Source of the DNA: an uncultured Gammaproteobacteria bacterium
Lineage (GTDB): Bacteria > Pseudomonadota > Gammaproteobacteria > UBA9214
Length of the DNA stretch: 64,000 bases
Assembly: GCA_963827755.1 (NCBI GenBank)
Contig: CAWHCQ010000011.1
Coordinates: 64,001-128,000 of the forward strand
Direction of reading: 5' to 3'
Below the pieces are notes generated by a model. That model was not told the DNA's origin and searched no databases. It saw only the letters and a list, made by a program, of their open reading frames with translations. The position numbers and the translations under genes were made by a program. This document shows, one piece after another, positions 11,265 to 20,770 of the stretch (position 1 is the stretch's first letter; each line of letters starts with the position of its first letter).

Positions 11265-13046
11265 ATGTGCGGAATCTGCGGCGAGTTGCGTTTTGATGGA
11301 CAGGCGCCCCTGCGTGACAAACTGGAGGCAATGACCGCCAGGCTGGCGCGGCGCGGGCCGGACGCCAGTGGTCATTATTTTGCCGGGCCGCTGGCGCTGG
11401 GGCATCGCCGCCTTGCGGTGATTGATCTCTCCGAGCGTTCCAACCAGCCGATGGTCGATGAAGCACTCGGGCTGGTGCTGGTCTTTAACGGGACGATTTA
11501 CAATTACCGGGAACTCAGGGAACAGCTGCGCGCAAAGGGCTACCGGTTTTTTTCGAATGGCGACAGCGAGGTTATCCTCAAGGCGTACGCGGAATGGGGT
11601 GAGGATTGCCTGGTGCATTTGCATGGCATGTTTGCCTTTGCCATCTGGGAAACTGCGCGGCAGCGCCTGTTCCTGGCACGTGACCGTTTCGGCATCAAAC
11701 CGCTGTATTACAGTTTCACCCCGGGCGGCCTGCGTTTTGCTTCAACCAGCCAGGCCCTGCTGGCAGCCGGTGATGTGAATACAGCCATTGACCCGGTCGC
11801 CCTGCATCACCATTTCAGCCTGCATGCCGTGGTGCCGGCGCCGCGCACCCTGTTGTGCGGGGTGCGCAAATTACAGCCCGGCCACTGCATGACCATCCAT
11901 GCCGATGGCCGCAACCGGGTGCAACGCTACTGGCAACTGGACCTGTCGCGCCGGTATCCGCCAATGAATGAATGGGAATGGATCGAGGCGACCCATGTCG
12001 CGCTGCGCAAGGCCGTTGAAAGGCGGCGGGCGGTGGCCGATGTGCCGGTCGGTATCCTGCTCTCGGGTGGTCTCGATTCCAGCCTGCTGGTCGCGTTGCT
12101 GGCCGAGGCGGGTGGCGGAGATTTGCTGACCTTCTCCGTCGGCTTCGAGGACGAACCGGAAGAGCAGGGCAACGAGTTCCAGTATTCCGACATGGTCGCG
12201 GAACTCTATTCCACGCAGCATCAGCGTTTCATCATTCACAATGAGCATGTGCTGGAACGTTTGCCGGAGGCGGTCGACAACATGGCCGAGCCCATGGTCG
12301 GCCAGGATGCGATCGCCTTTTACCTGTTGAGCGAGCGGGTCTCGCGTGAAGTCAAGGTGGTGCAGAGCGGCCAGGGCGCGGATGAAGTGTTTGCCGGCTA
12401 TTTCTGGTATGCGCAGATGCTTGCGGCCGAGGGCAATGATATCGAGCGTTTTCGCGAACGTTATTTCGACCGCTCGCATGCCGAGTGGCTGCAGCTGACC
12501 ATGCCTGCCTGCCATGGCCCGGATTACACCAGCGCGCGTGTCGCAGAGGGCCTGTCACAATTTGGCGGCGATGATTTTATCAACCGTGTGCTGGCCTTCG
12601 ATGTCACCACCCTGATTGTCGATGATCCGGTCAAGCGCGTGGACAACATGACCATGGCATGGGGGCTGGAGGCGCGCGTACCGTTTCTTGACCAGGAGCT
12701 GGTCGAGCTGGTGGCCTGCATGCCCGCGCAGATTAAAATGAAATCAGGCGGCAAGCACCCCTTAAAAGTGATGGCCCGCGATCTCCTGCCCGATATCGTG
12801 ATTGACCGGCCAAAAGGCTATTTTCCGGTGCCTGCGCTGAAGTTTGTGCGCGGTCAGACCCTTGAATTCATGCGTGGTGTACTGGAGTCGAGGGCGTGTC
12901 GCGAGCGCGGGCTGTTTCAGCGCAGTTACGTACAACAGATGCTGGATCACCCGGACCGGGTGCACACGCCGATCAATGGCAACAAGCTCTGGCATCTCGC
13001 CTTGCTGGAATTCTGGCTGCAGCGCAATGTGGATATACCCGCATGA
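11265..13046 (+). CDS. Asparagine-synthase-family amidotransferase (N-acetylglutaminylglutamine amidotransferase-like)
   Basis: MCGICG, RGPD, HRRL, FNGTIYN, LSGGLDSS, QSGQGADE, DDPVKRVDNMTM and KGYFPVP. Confidence 0.85.
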   Translation: MCGICGELRFDGQAPLRDKLEAMTARLARRGPDASGHYFAGPLALGHRRLAVIDLSERSNQPMVDEALGLVLVFNGTIYNYRELREQLRAKGYRFFSNGDSEVILKAYAEWGEDCLVHLHGMFAFAIWETARQRLFLARDRFGIKPLYYSFTPGGLRFASTSQALLAAGDVNTAIDPVALHHHFSLHAVVPAPRTLLCGVRKLQPGHCMTIHADGRNRVQRYWQLDLSRRYPPMNEWEWIEATHVALRKAVERRRAVADVPVGILLSGGLDSSLLVALLAEAGGGDLLTFSVGFEDEPEEQGNEFQYSDMVAELYSTQHQRFIIHNEHVLERLPEAVDNMAEPMVGQDAIAFYLLSERVSREVKVVQSGQGADEVFAGYFWYAQMLAAEGNDIERFRERYFDRSHAEWLQLTMPACHGPDYTSARVAEGLSQFGGDDFINRVLAFDVTTLIVDDPVKRVDNMTMAWGLEARVPFLDQELVELVACMPAQIKMKSGGKHPLKVMARDLLPDIVIDRPKGYFPVPALKFVRGQTLEFMRGVLESRACRERGLFQRSYVQQMLDHPDRVHTPINGNKLWHLALLEFWLQRNVDIPA

Positions 13047-13132
13047 AAAGTGCCTTTTAGTGGATGCAGTACGGGGTTACACTGATGCCCATGCCGGTTA
13101 TCCGGAAATCAATTTCCAGAGAGGATGAAACA

Positions 13133-13453
13133 ATGGATGTAATGGAACGAATCGACAAAGAAGTAAAAGACCACCCGGTGATGATCTTCATGAAAGGCAC
13201 GCCGCAGTTGCCGCAGTGCGGCTACTCCAGTCGTACCGCCCAGGCACTGGCGGCCTGTGGCCAGGAATTCGGCCATGTAAACGTACTGGCTGATCCGGAA
13301 ATATTCGAGAACCTGCCGCGCTATGCCAACTGGCCAACCTTTCCGCAGGTCTATATCAACGGCGAGTTGATCGGCGGCTGTGATATCACCCTGGAGCTTT
13401 TCCAGAAGGGTGAGTTGCAAAAGATGGTGCAGCAGGCCGTGGAGAAGGCCTGA
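13133..13453 (+). CDS. grxD: Monothiol glutaredoxin (Grx4)
   Basis: MKGTP..PQCGYS, WPTFPQ and GGCDI. Confidence 0.93.
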   Translation: MDVMERIDKEVKDHPVMIFMKGTPQLPQCGYSSRTAQALAACGQEFGHVNVLADPEIFENLPRYANWPTFPQVYINGELIGGCDITLELFQKGELQKMVQQAVEKA

Positions 13454-13459
13454 GATATT

Positions 13460-13584
13460 GACGGGTACGCTGCGCTTTACCCGTCCTGCCTTGAGTTCTG
13501 AATACACATGTTAGGTACGCTGCATTTTACCCATCCTACCTGCCAGCTTTCTTCGTAGGACGGGTAAAGCGCAGCGTACCCGTC
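13460..13584. repeat. REP cluster, family A (GTAGGAYGGGTAAAG...TACCCRTC), 3 copies
   Basis: Copies at 13460-13489, 13514-13539 and inverted at 13555-13584; the same unit occurs at 42250 and 50227. Confidence 0.9.
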
Positions 13585-13606
13585 ACATCCATCACCCGGC
13601 AAAAAA

Positions 13607-14158
13607 CTAGTTCGCTTCCAGCTTCAGCAGTTCCTCGATAATCTCCAGCATCAGTTTCTGCCCCTTCTCGCCCATTTTATCGCTGAGCTTGTCAGGATCG
13701 CGCTCACCCTCGACCAGCGGGCGAATCCGGCCGGCAAGGATACCCATGTCACCACCGGCCGCGAGCATTTGCTTGGCCATGGAGCCGATAATCTGCAGCG
13801 CCTGCACGTTACCGTTGCGGGATGCGTGCACCAGGCCGGCAATGCCCGGTGCTGCCATGGTGGAATCAAAGTCCGCCTGCAGGTCAGGCAGGGTTTGCGG
13901 GTCCTGCAGGCCGCGCAGGATGGACTCCACGATGACCCGATCTTCCTCGTCAAGTCCTGACAGTACGGATTCATCCCGCGTGCCCGACATAATGCTCCGA
14001 ATGGCCACAACAAGTTGCTTCCAATCATTCATTTCAGCCTGCTCGAGGACCTGTTCCATGTCCGGGACCGAGCCGGGATTATTGCAGTGCATGACGACGC
14101 GATGAATCAATCCTGTGTGTGCCTGCAGGATCTGCTCGTTTTTATCCGGTAGAGACAT
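13607..14158 (-). CDS. Hypothetical helical protein
   Basis: 183-aa ORF directly after rnt; two similar halves (IMSGTRDESVL and LVEGERDPDKL). Confidence 0.75.
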   Translation of the reverse strand: MSLPDKNEQILQAHTGLIHRVVMHCNNPGSVPDMEQVLEQAEMNDWKQLVVAIRSIMSGTRDESVLSGLDEEDRVIVESILRGLQDPQTLPDLQADFDSTMAAPGIAGLVHASRNGNVQALQIIGSMAKQMLAAGGDMGILAGRIRPLVEGERDPDKLSDKMGEKGQKLMLEIIEELLKLEAN

Positions 14159-14165
14159 GAGTGTA

Positions 14166-14828
14166 TTACCCTTTAGTTGCGATGATTGATGTACCTGGAC
14201 CTGGCAGACTGATGTTGAATTCATTCCAGCGATTTATGATCGAACAAAACAGGTCGGCCGTGCGTTCGGTATCGTAGACGGCTGAATGTGCCTTTTCGCT
14301 GTTCCAGTTAAAGCCGGCGGCCTGTACGGCCCGTGCAAGTACGGTCTGTCCAAAGGCCAGGCCGGCCAGTGATACCGTATCAAAGGTGCTGAAGGGATGG
14401 AACGGGTTGCGCTTGATGCCGGAGCGTTTCACGGCCTCGTTCAGGAAAGACAGGTCGAACGAGGCATTGTGGCCGACGAGGATCGCACGTTTGCAGTCAC
14501 TTTCCCTGATCGCCCGGCGTACCGGTTTGAAAATCAGTTCCAGTGCCTCGTGCTCCGGGACGGCCATGCGGAACGGGTTATAAGGATCGATGCCGGTAAA
14601 TTCGAGGGATTCCTGGTCCAGGTTGGCACCGGGAAAGGGTTCGACGTGGCTTGAGAAGGTATCCTTGCGGGAGATGAAGCCCGCGGCATCCATTTCCAGT
14701 GTGACCGCGGCAATTTCCAGCAGGGCGTCACGCCGGGCATTGAAGCCGGCCGTTTCGACATCGATTACCACGGGAAGAAAGCCGCGAAACCGTTGTGCCA
14801 TGGGTGCCTTGTCAGCAATATCCGTCAT
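14166..14828 (-). CDS. rnt: Ribonuclease T
   Basis: [30 protein letters not shown] and AHSAVYDTE. Confidence 0.96.
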   Translation of the reverse strand: MTDIADKAPMAQRFRGFLPVVIDVETAGFNARRDALLEIAAVTLEMDAAGFISRKDTFSSHVEPFPGANLDQESLEFTGIDPYNPFRMAVPEHEALELIFKPVRRAIRESDCKRAILVGHNASFDLSFLNEAVKRSGIKRNPFHPFSTFDTVSLAGLAFGQTVLARAVQAAGFNWNSEKAHSAVYDTERTADLFCSIINRWNEFNISLPGPGTSIIATKG

Positions 14829-14966
14829 TTGACTAGCATACCCAATCGTTGCGGTCTTGGCGATGCCGGCAAATGCCGTGGCTGCCGGGATAAATCGCTG
14901 GCAAGCGTATAAAATACACCTGTACATTGTTATTCAGCCTGAACGGTATTCAGCGGGGATTGATAC

Positions 14967-15869
14967 GTGCACCAGCCAGAAGCATTGCAGAAACACCGCC
15001 AGAGATATCCGCTTGCTTTTGCAACCCTGCTGATATGCCTGTTTGTCTCGCTGGCGCAGGCCGGTGCGGAGAAGGACCGGGGCCTGCTGTGGGAGCTGAG
15101 CAAGCCGGGTACCCCTGCCAGTTATCTGTTCGGTACGCTGCATTCGGAAGACCCGGACGTCGTGCGGCTTGCTCCGCCGGTGCAGAAGGCCTTTGATGCC
15201 GCGCAGGCCGTTGTCATCGAGGTGTTGTTTGATATGCAGGCCATGAAGTTGTCAAGTGCCGCCATGTTGATGATGGATGGCCGCTCGCTGAAAGACATCG
15301 TGGGAGAGTCGCTGTTTACAGCAGCGGCAGCCGCGATGCGGCTGCGTGGCATGCCTGACATGCTGACCGAGCATATGCAGCCGTGGGCAGTGGCCGTCAG
15401 CCTGTCGACGCCCGCACCGGAAACCGGGCAGGTGCTGGATATGGTTTTGTACCAGGATGCCCTGCAGCAAGGCAAGCCGGTTTACGGGCTGGAGACGATC
15501 CAGGAACAGCTGGAGGTTTTCACCGGCATGTCACTGGACGACCAGGTGAGGTTGCTGCAGGATGCAGTCGAGCACTTTGATGAGATTGACGCACTTTATG
15601 CAGAGCTGTTAACGGCGTGGAAGCAGCGCGACCTGGCGAGGCTCGTGGCAATCAACGAGTCTGAACTGGCAAGCGGTGGCGAGCAATTCGCGGCTGATTT
15701 CCAGAAGCGTTTAATCGTTCATCGCAACCATTTGATGGCGCAACGGATGCAGCCGTACCTGACACAGGGCAGGGCGTTCATCGCCGTGGGCGCCCTGCAC
15801 CTGCCGGGCGAGACGGGCCTGTTGAACCTGCTGGAGCAGCGCGGTTACACGGTGAAGGTGGTTTACTGA
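14967..15869 (+). CDS. TraB/GumN family protein
   Basis: Signal peptide, SYLFGTLH, GLETIQEQ, RN..M and AVGALHLPG. Confidence 0.9.
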   Translation: MHQPEALQKHRQRYPLAFATLLICLFVSLAQAGAEKDRGLLWELSKPGTPASYLFGTLHSEDPDVVRLAPPVQKAFDAAQAVVIEVLFDMQAMKLSSAAMLMMDGRSLKDIVGESLFTAAAAAMRLRGMPDMLTEHMQPWAVAVSLSTPAPETGQVLDMVLYQDALQQGKPVYGLETIQEQLEVFTGMSLDDQVRLLQDAVEHFDEIDALYAELLTAWKQRDLARLVAINESELASGGEQFAADFQKRLIVHRNHLMAQRMQPYLTQGRAFIAVGALHLPGETGLLNLLEQRGYTVKVVY

Positions 15870-15898
15870 GAGAGCCATCTCGCGCAAGATGGTTCTTG

Positions 15899-16930
15899 TC
15901 AGGTCTTCACTCGCCAGTGCAGGGTTTCACCGGCATACATCGGCACGACTGTTGAATCTCCCAGCGGATAGCTGTCCGCTACGGTCCAGTCGGTTTTCTC
16001 CAGGGTGATGGTTTGCGTGTTGCGTGGCAGGCCGTAGAAATCAGGCCCGTAATGGCTGGCGAAACCTTCCAGCCTGTCGAGCGCGCCTGCAGCCTCGAAG
16101 GCCTTTGCATACAGTTCCAGTGCGGCATGGGCGGTGTAGATGCCGGCACAGCCGCAAGACGATTCCTTGCGCTCCCTGGCATGCGGCGCACTGTCGGTGC
16201 CGAGGAAGAATTTATTGTTGCCGCTGGTGGCCGCTTCAATCAATGCCCGGCGGTGGCTTTCGCGTTTCAGGACCGGCAGGCAATAGGCATGCGGCTGCAG
16301 GCCGTTTTTGAACATGGCATTGCGGTTCATCAACAGGTGGTGGGCGGTGATCGTGGCGGCCACCGTGTCCGGCATTGAGCGAACGAACTCGATCCCCTGC
16401 CGGGTGGTGGCATGCTCCAGCACCACTTTGAGTCCGGGGAAGCGCACCGTCAGGGGTTCGAGCAGGCTGTCTATGAAAACGGCTTCACGGTCGAAGACAT
16501 CGACATCCGGGTCTGTCACCTCGGCATGCAGCAGCAGGGGCATGCCGGCCTCCTGCATGGCTTCGAGCGTTGACCAGGTCTTGCTGATGTCCGTCACGCC
16601 GGCAGCGGAGTTCGTCGTCGCACCGGCCGGGTAGTATTTGAAGGCTACTACCATGCCGCTGTCCTTTGCGCGGCTGACTTCATCGGCTGTGGTGTTATCT
16701 GTCAGGTAGAGGGTCATCAGCGGGACGAAGTCTGTCCCTGCGGGCAGCGCATCGAGGATGCGCTGGCGATAGGCCAGGGCCTGTGCGGTTGTCGTGACCG
16801 GTGGCTGCAGGTTGGGCATGATGATGGCCCGTGCAAACTGGCGGGCCGTGTGCGGGATCACCGCGGCCAGTGCCTTACCATCACGGACATGCAGGTGCCA
16901 GTCGTCCGGGCGCGTCAGCGTCAGTTCCAT
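15899..16930 (-). CDS. pyrC: Dihydroorotase
   Basis: PDDWHLHVRDG, YPAGATTNS, CLPVLK and FLGTDSAPH. Confidence 0.97.
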   Translation of the reverse strand: MELTLTRPDDWHLHVRDGKALAAVIPHTARQFARAIIMPNLQPPVTTTAQALAYRQRILDALPAGTDFVPLMTLYLTDNTTADEVSRAKDSGMVVAFKYYPAGATTNSAAGVTDISKTWSTLEAMQEAGMPLLLHAEVTDPDVDVFDREAVFIDSLLEPLTVRFPGLKVVLEHATTRQGIEFVRSMPDTVAATITAHHLLMNRNAMFKNGLQPHAYCLPVLKRESHRRALIEAATSGNNKFFLGTDSAPHARERKESSCGCAGIYTAHAALELYAKAFEAAGALDRLEGFASHYGPDFYGLPRNTQTITLEKTDWTVADSYPLGDSTVVPMYAGETLHWRVKT

Positions 16931-18439
16931 GTCTTATCCATGATGGACTGTTCCAGTAACAGGTTCATTGTATAGCGTATGCCAAAGCCGGTGGTATCGG
17001 TTCGCGATATGTCCGAGGCCGCCCTTGTGGTTGCTGGCGGCGAGGTCCACGTGCACCCAGTGAATATCATCATTGACGAAGCGTTTCAGGAAGCGTGCAG
17101 CCAGGATATGGTCGGCATCGCCTTCCAGGGTGCATTGCAGGGTATCGGCGATGTCCGATTTCAGTGATTCATCGAAGTCCTTGTCGAGCGGGAAGGGCCA
17201 CACCCGTTCACCGCTGTCACGGCCTGCCGTGGTCAGCGCGGCGTGCAGGGAGTCGCGGTTGCTGAAGACGCCGCTGTAGCGTGAAGACAGTGAGTAGATG
17301 CAGGCGCCGGTCAGGGTGGCGTAATCGATCATCACGTGCGGTTTTGTCTTGCTGGCCAGTGCCAGTGTATCGGCCAGTACCATGCGGCCTTCGGCATCGG
17401 TGTGTTTGATCTCGATGCTGGTGCCGTTGCAGGCCTTGACCACGTCATTCGGTTTGTATGCCTTGCTGCCAATATGGTTCTCTGCAAGCGCCAGCCAGCA
17501 ATCCACAGGGTAGTCCACTTTGAGCCGTGACAGCGCCAGCAGCGTACCCAGTGCGACTGCGCTGCCCTGCATGTCTTCGTGCATGCCGTTCATGTACTTT
17601 GCCGGCTTGACGTTGACGCCACCGGTATCGAAACAGATGCCCTTGCCGACCAGGGCAAGTTTTTTTCCGCCCGTAGTCTTCGGGCGATAGCGCAGGTGAA
17701 TGATGCCGGCGTCATCGTCCGGGCTGCCCTGGGAGACGGCAAGGAAGGCGCCGGCCTTCTTGCGTTTCAATGCACGGGAGTCGAGGAAGGTCATCTGCCA
17801 GCCCTCGCTTTTTGCCAGCCCGGTGACATATTTCCGGTAGGTCGCCGGCGTGAGTACGTTGGGCGGCAGCACCGACAGCCAGCGTGCCAGGTGGTTGCCC
17901 TGAATCTCTGCCTGTACCGCTGACAGGTCGATCTCTTTCTCCAGGCCATAAATATCAATGCCCTTGAGGCGGGCGACCGGCCCTGGTTCGGCCTGGTAGC
18001 TCGGCATCGGGCATACCGCTGCCAGCATGGCGGCGATCAGGGTCTCAAGCGGGCGTGTCGCTGCAACCGCCTTGATGCCCGCGATCTGTACGAGCAGGGT
18101 GGCCGGGTCCTGCGCGCGCGTGACCGCAGCAAGCTCGCGTGCGGTAGTCAGCAACTCGAAGGTCGTGGCTGGCGTGGCCAGCGTTTGCAGGATGGCCCGG
18201 GTGCCGGTCTTGTTCGGCAGGTCCGTGACCAGCCGGGTTGCGTGTTTGTCACGGCGCTTTTGCTCCAAAAAGCGCCGCTTCAACAGGTCGGCGTAGGCCA
18301 GTTGCCCCCAGGCGGCCTTGCCGGGTTTTTCCGGGAGCAGCACCAGGACCACTCGGGCGGCATCGATCTGCTTCTTAAACGGGACTTTTAAATATTGATT
18401 TAGCTTGATTTTTTCACTATGCCGAAAGGGGATATGCAT
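16921..18439 (-). CDS. M17 leucyl aminopeptidase (frameshift near 17000)
   Basis: VGKGICFDTGG, EDMQGS, HTDAEGRMVLAD and DYATLTG; removing one base restores TDTTGFGIR and a stop overlapping the pyrC start; start codon uncertain. Confidence 0.88.
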
Positions 18440-18627
18440 GCTTTTGTCTTGACCTGTAAACGCAAAACACTGATCATATCGCGCTTGCCGTGTTTCGGGT
18501 ACCGCTGTTTCCTTTGAATTCAGGAAGATGGCTCCCACCATCGCGCGTAGCTGCCCCGCCATGGCCGATATTCCGCAATCTCGACGGAGAAGACTGTCAA
18601 ATGTCCGTCGCAACGACCGAGTAGACG

Positions 18628-19620
18628 ATGAAAGACACTGATAAAAAACGCCTGTTGGGTGAAATGCTGTTTGCGCGCCGTTTCGAGGAGCGCTGCTACG
18701 AGGCCTATGTCGAACGCAACATCGGTGGCTTTCTGCATCTCTACCCCGGTGAAGAGGCCTGCGCCTTTGGTGTGCTCGAGGCGGCCAATCCCGGAAGTGA
18801 CTACGTCATTACCAGTTACCGCGATCATGTGCATGCCATCAAGGCGGGTGCCGACCCGCGCAAGGTGATGGCCGAGCTGTTTGGCCGTGAAACCGGCGTC
18901 TGCAAGGGACGTGGTGGCTCGATGCACATCTTCGACGTAGCGCATCGTTTCATGGGTGGCTATGCGCTGGTCGGCGGACCCTTTCCACTGGCGGCCGGTA
19001 TCGCCAAGGGTATCCAGATGCAGGGCGGTGATGAAATCTGTGTCTGCTTTCTGGGCGACGCAGCCAATAACCAGGGCACCTTCCATGAGTCACTGAATAT
19101 GGCCAAGCTCTGGAACCTGCCGGTGCTCTATGTCTGCGAAAACAACCTGTACGGCATCGGTACACGCATCGATCGTTCCACGGCCGTTATTGACCAATAC
19201 AAGCGCGTCTCGGCCTATAACATCCCGTCGGCCCAGGAAGACGGGCAGGATGTTGAGCAGGTTTACAAGGCCGCTACCAAAGCCGTCAGGCATGTGCGTG
19301 GAGGCAAGGGACCTTATTTTCTGGAGCTGATGACCTACCGCTACCGTGGACATTCCATGTCGGACTCAAATGCCTACCGCGCCAAGACAGAGGAACGCAT
19401 GTGGGGTGAGCGCGACCCGGTCATTATATTGCGCGACCGCCTCATCGACGCAGGCACGCTGACCCTGGATGAGTACAAGGATATGGACACGGCAATCCTC
19501 GATGAGATTGAAGACGACATCATTCGTTTTGCCGCCGAGTCGCCCGAGCCGCTTGTCTCGGAAGTGGAAAAATATGTACTGGCCGAGAATGACCCCTGGG
19601 TCAGGGGCGGGGTGCAGTAA
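18628..19620 (+). CDS. pdhA: Pyruvate dehydrogenase E1 alpha subunit
   Basis: GFLHLY, YRDH, GRGGSMH, GDAA..QG...CENN ThDP motif and TYRYRGHSMSD. Confidence 0.93.
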   Translation: MKDTDKKRLLGEMLFARRFEERCYEAYVERNIGGFLHLYPGEEACAFGVLEAANPGSDYVITSYRDHVHAIKAGADPRKVMAELFGRETGVCKGRGGSMHIFDVAHRFMGGYALVGGPFPLAAGIAKGIQMQGGDEICVCFLGDAANNQGTFHESLNMAKLWNLPVLYVCENNLYGIGTRIDRSTAVIDQYKRVSAYNIPSAQEDGQDVEQVYKAATKAVRHVRGGKGPYFLELMTYRYRGHSMSDSNAYRAKTEERMWGERDPVIILRDRLIDAGTLTLDEYKDMDTAILDEIEDDIIRFAAESPEPLVSEVEKYVLAENDPWVRGGVQ

Positions 19621-20600
19621 TGGCCGAGATCATGTACTGGGAAGCGATCCGCCGCGCCCACGATGAGGAAATGGAGAATGACCCCATGGTGATTGCCATG
19701 GGTGAGGACATCGGTGTGGTCGGCGGCACCTACAAGGCGACCACGGGATTGTACGAGAAATACGGTGAAGCGCGCGTCATCGATACACCGATTTCGGAGA
19801 ACGGCTACACCGGCCTCGGCATCGGCGCTTCTTTCATCGGTGTTCGCCCGATTATCGAAATCATGTCGGTCAACTTCGCCTGGCTGGCCATGGACCAGAT
19901 GTTCAACACCGCCGCCAAGGTGCGTTACATGTCCGGCGGACAGCTCGAGGCCCCGGTCGTGATTCGTTCACCCGGCGGTACCGCACACCAGCTGGGTTCG
20001 CAACACTCGGCACGCATGGAGAAGGTGTTCATGGGAATTGCCGGCCTGCGCGTGGTGACGCCTTCCAGTCCGCGCCAGGCCTATGGCCTGCTGAAATCGG
20101 CAGTGCGCTGCAATGACCCGGTGTTCATCAATGAACACGAACTCATGTACAACATGAAAGGTGAAGTACCCGATGATGAATACTTTCATCCTCTCGAGGG
20201 TTCCGAAATCGCCCGTGAAGGACGGGATGTGACGCTGTTTGGCTACAATATTTCGGTGCACTGGTGCATGCAGGCGGCAGAACTGCTGGCAAAACATCAT
20301 GGAATCGAGGCAGAAGTAATCGACCTGTTTGCATTGAGCCCGCTCGACCGGGAAGGTATCCGTAACTCGGTGAGCAAGACCCACCGCGCCGTCATTGCCG
20401 AAGAGGCGGAACCGGCCGTCGGGGTGGGTGCCGAGGTCATGGCAATTATCAACGAAGAGTGCTTCTTCGAACTGGATGCGGCACCGGTGCGGGTATCGGC
20501 CCTGAATGTGCCGATTCCCTATAATCACGCGCTGGAGAAGGCCGCGTTGCCTGATGCAAACGATGTCGTCGAGGCTGTCCGGAATATGTTCGGTGTTTGA
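19620..20600 (+). CDS. pdhB: Pyruvate dehydrogenase E1 beta subunit
   Basis: GEDIG, DTPISE, QHS and PIPY. Confidence 0.93.
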   Translation: MAEIMYWEAIRRAHDEEMENDPMVIAMGEDIGVVGGTYKATTGLYEKYGEARVIDTPISENGYTGLGIGASFIGVRPIIEIMSVNFAWLAMDQMFNTAAKVRYMSGGQLEAPVVIRSPGGTAHQLGSQHSARMEKVFMGIAGLRVVTPSSPRQAYGLLKSAVRCNDPVFINEHELMYNMKGEVPDDEYFHPLEGSEIAREGRDVTLFGYNISVHWCMQAAELLAKHHGIEAEVIDLFALSPLDREGIRNSVSKTHRAVIAEEAEPAVGVGAEVMAIINEECFFELDAAPVRVSALNVPIPYNHALEKAALPDANDVVEAVRNMFGV

Positions 20601-20609
20601 CAAAAATCT

Positions 20610-20743
20610 TCTCGCGCAAAGCTGCAAAGAACACCAATAAATATGTAATTGCGGTTTGATCTGACCGGAAAATGAAGTGTATGGAAAGTTCGAATATTTT
20701 ATTTCCAGTTTTTTTCTTTGCGCCTTTGCGGCTTTGCGCGAGA
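20610..20743. mobile_element. MITE-like element with 20-bp imperfect terminal inverted repeats
   Basis: TCTCGCGCAAAGCTGCAAAG (20610-20629) versus CTTTGCGGCTTTGCGCGAGA (20724-20743), 19/20 match; AT-rich interior. Confidence 0.6.
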
Positions 20744-20770
20744 TAGTTTTTATCCAAGGAATGGCACTAA

